Program-made: the position numbers and the translations under genes
The notes under the pieces: model-generated
Told to the model about the DNA's origin: nothing
What the model saw: only the letters and a program-made list of their open reading frames with translations
Databases searched by the model: none
Source of the DNA: Chiloscyllium plagiosum
Taxonomy: Eukaryota
Length of the DNA stretch: 64,000 bases
NCBI RefSeq assembly: GCF_004010195.1
Contig: NC_057759.1
Coordinates: 3,392,057-3,456,056, forward strand
Direction: 5' to 3'
Shown: positions 61,048 through 64,000 of the stretch, piece by piece
Position numbering within the stretch: position 1 is the stretch's first letter
Layout: each line of letters begins with the position of its first letter

Positions 61048-64000
61048 TTCTCTATTATACCATAGGAAATAAAGTTGTTAATTTTTACTTGAAGTAGTTC
61101 TTGGTCACTCGAATTTTTACAGATTACAGCATGGGATAAATCTGATCTGTGTCGCTGGCTTTAAATTAAGCGTGTCGTGATAGTTGGGGACTTGGATCCG
61201 TAATCTGAACTAGTTTGAATATATTTGCGGTACAAAAAAATCTCAGCAGATTTAACTACTTGCACGTGAGCGTCTGAGATCTTTAAATGAAACATAGGTG
61301 AGACAACTGGTTTAATTTCGGGGACTTGATTAAATTAGAAGTGAGAGATATGACCTTTAAAATTGCTAGATACGTTCTGGGATTTGAAGATAATTCTCAA
61401 ATTTGCCAAAACGTGTTTAAAGAAAGGAAAAAAAGCCATACTTTCAGAATTAGCAAATAAGTTAGGTTTTGGGTTTGATCAAGAACAATAACAAAGCTGA
61501 AATTGTAAAGGACATAGTCAAACACTTAAGTGTGTCGGAGAAACAGGCACGGACTGGTGGAGAAACTTAAATTACAATTTAAGAAAATGGAGTTAGAAGA
61601 GAAACAAAGAGAGAGAGAGGAAATAGAGAAGGAAAGAGAAAGAGACAGAGAGAAGAGAGAGACAGGAAACCGAGTCTGAGAGAATTTTAGAGGGTGACGC
61701 CCATAAGGATGTAGCTTAATTGGCACAGTGTTTCAGATATCTACATCTTCCACAATTACAATTAGCTCTTCCCAGCCTATTCCCATATATCTGCCAAAGT
61801 GATTTTCGTCTAGATGTTTATTGAACAATTTATTCCAAATTCTCATTGCTTCCTCGTTGTCCAATTTAATTTGAGCAATATCAAATTCAGAATTATCTCT
61901 ATGATTATATGACTATCTGGATGCGATTCTTCACTTGAACCTGTAGTAAGTACTACATTGTCCTTTTGATTTCCACCCCAAGCAAAATACTGCTTGAGCG
62001 TATTAACATGACACACTCTCTCAGTTTTCGGTCGTTCTGGTGTTCTAGTCAAATAATTGAAATCAATGAAATTCTTTTCTTCGGTTTGAGCAGTCCTTCA
62101 CTTCTAAAGATGTATATCCTATACGGAATGATACCGACAATGTATCCTCAACTTGCTACACTACTACTTTTTGAACGCTTTTCTGCTTCCCCTTTCATCA
62201 TTCGGTTTGCTATTTTTAAATGCTGTTTTGCTAACTTACCGACACTATTTAGCGTCTCCATAAAATGCGACACCAAGTCTAATAACGTAGTCTCTGAACT
62301 CTGACTCACTAATTTTTCGTCATTTGGTTTATGTGGTCCTTTCACCTGATGTCTAAAAAACACTAAGTCCGTTGGACTGAATTTATTTGATTCAATATGT
62401 GCGTCCCTGTTTTCAGTAAGTATATTTGAATTTCTTTATCCCAAGCACTTGGCTACTCTTGTCTGTTGCCCGTCTATATGTGCTTTAATTTTGCTGCCAC
62501 TGTTCTATTGCTCCTTGTGATTCTGCAGTTAATTTCAATTATTTAATTCTTAAGCTATCCATAATAACCCTGAATCAGTTTATGGAATAATATGACCCTT
62601 GATTCATTTGTATCTCTGTGGGGAATCGTCACACAGGAACGATAGAAATATGTTACTTTTTGACAATCGTTTTAGCTGTGGTATTGTGTGAAAAGCAAAG
62701 CCTATGGAAATGTAGTGGTCATATCTTTTATCGTTAATAACTGTTGATTCACATTTTTTCTGTTTTAAGGAAGGGTGCTAAACAATCAACAATAACTCTT
62801 TCAAAAGGTTCCTCAACTGCTGGGATCAGTATTAAGCGTATTCGTTTTATCAGTGTCGGAGTTTTTCCTATTATTTGACATCTGTGATGTGTTCATCAAA
62901 ATTCAAACACGCCGTTATGCAGTCCAAGCAACTAAATCGTTTTGTATCTTGAATACAGATTTTCATACTCTGAACTAATGTCCTATTAGTAACCCATGCT
63001 GTACCAGCAATACCCCCTTTGTATAACTTCGGCGGGTCGGTGTGGACTTGTTGGGCCGAAGGGCCTGTTTCTACACTGTAATGTAATCTAATCTAATCTA
63101 ATCTTTCCATCTTTCTGTTGTAATTCATCTGCCTTTTCTGAGCTATATTGCCCAATCTGGCTTTCGCTTGTTCTTCCGTCTTCTTCTCACTCACTTGATC
63201 AAAAAAGATCATGGAACTTCACCTTCCCAATTTTGTTCTTTGAAATTCCTTCCTGTTTTAACCCAAGGCTTTCTGACCTTTTCCCACACAGGCAGGAAAA
63301 CGCCGTGGAATTACTTCCTATAACACTTGTACAGGTTTTTCAATCACAGTAGTCATCACTCCTACTTAGAAACAGCTACTGGTATATCATTGATAAGGAT
63401 AAACTGTATTTCTGGAACAGAGAATTCCACAACTTTGCTACTGTCACTTCACTACTTTTCACCTAAATCTTCTTAACTCACCTTATGTAATGGAACACTG
63501 CTCTTCTCACCATAATTCTGCGTATTATCACCTTTTTCTGCCAATAATCTTCTGCATTACGATATCTCGTAGTCTCTCGCCATTAAAGGTTCCTTTACTC
63601 CATATCCGCTTGAATCATAATTTATTTAATTGTTTCCTGATACACATGATTAAAACTTACCCATACAAATCCATTCTTGAAGAGATCCAGCAGTTTGTTA
63701 CTAAATAACCTCTGAACAGAGTTTTTACTTTCCTTGCACTTCGTTTGCAGGTTTTTTACTTTCCTTGCGCTTTCTCTTCCCACTTTAAAAAACCTCACTA
63801 TCTTATTCTGTTTAAACACTCCAGTTCTTCCAGTGGCTTTTTAAAACCACGAAAACTGTGATGCATGGTTCAACTGTATTACAGAGAAAATACCTGTGAT
63901 TTGTTTTTTCCAGGTGTAATACACGCGTCTATTTCTTTTTAAACCTGTGGTAAACTCTTCTTTGTACCTTTATAGATATTTCCTTTTCCTTTACCATTTG
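60725..64000. mobile_element. Degenerate Gmr1-like Ty3/Gypsy LTR retrotransposon, internally inverted
   Basis: Plus strand: LTR-like end near 61180, PBS-like ttggggacttggatccg, gag N-terminus (ELANKLG..KAEIVKDIVKHL). Minus strand: integrase IPAVEEPFERVIVDC and RVCHVNTLKQYF, directly following the gag/protease remnant. Confidence 0.78.
63028..63103 (+). mobile_element. 5'-truncated V-SINE tail inserted in the LTR element
   Basis: ggacttgttgggccgaagggcctgtttc...(taatc)n. Confidence 0.85.

Overview
Repeat-dense vertebrate genomic DNA, almost certainly from a shark: it carries HE1-type V-SINEs, CR1-clade LINEs with an SGNH-esterase ORF1, and Penelope-like elements (PLEs). There are only two clearly intact genes, both on the minus strand at the edge of a histone cluster. 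One is a canonical H3 (H3.2 type). The other is a divergent linker histone H1 that combines a replication-dependent stem-loop/HDE with H1.0/H5-like promoter and protein features and downstream AATAAA signals. Between the repeats at about 14.9-35.7 kb (+) lies a decayed multi-exon Ig-superfamily receptor gene that the ORF track mostly misses (2 Ig exons, a TM exon, and cytoplasmic exons with four ITIM-like tyrosine motifs). At least four PLE-related families carry minimal type-I hammerhead ribozyme cores with covarying stems, often as head-to-head palindromic mini-elements with target-site duplications (TSDs). Also present: three tandem-repeat arrays (46, ~69 and ~49 bp units), a duplicated unidentified 108-nt exon downstream of an NRF1-type CpG promoter, a 1.12-kb tandem duplication, an internally inverted Gmr1-like LTR retrotransposon, and three assembly gaps. 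Most of the listed ORFs are repeat fragments or spurious. All calls were made by eye; repeat boundaries are approximate.
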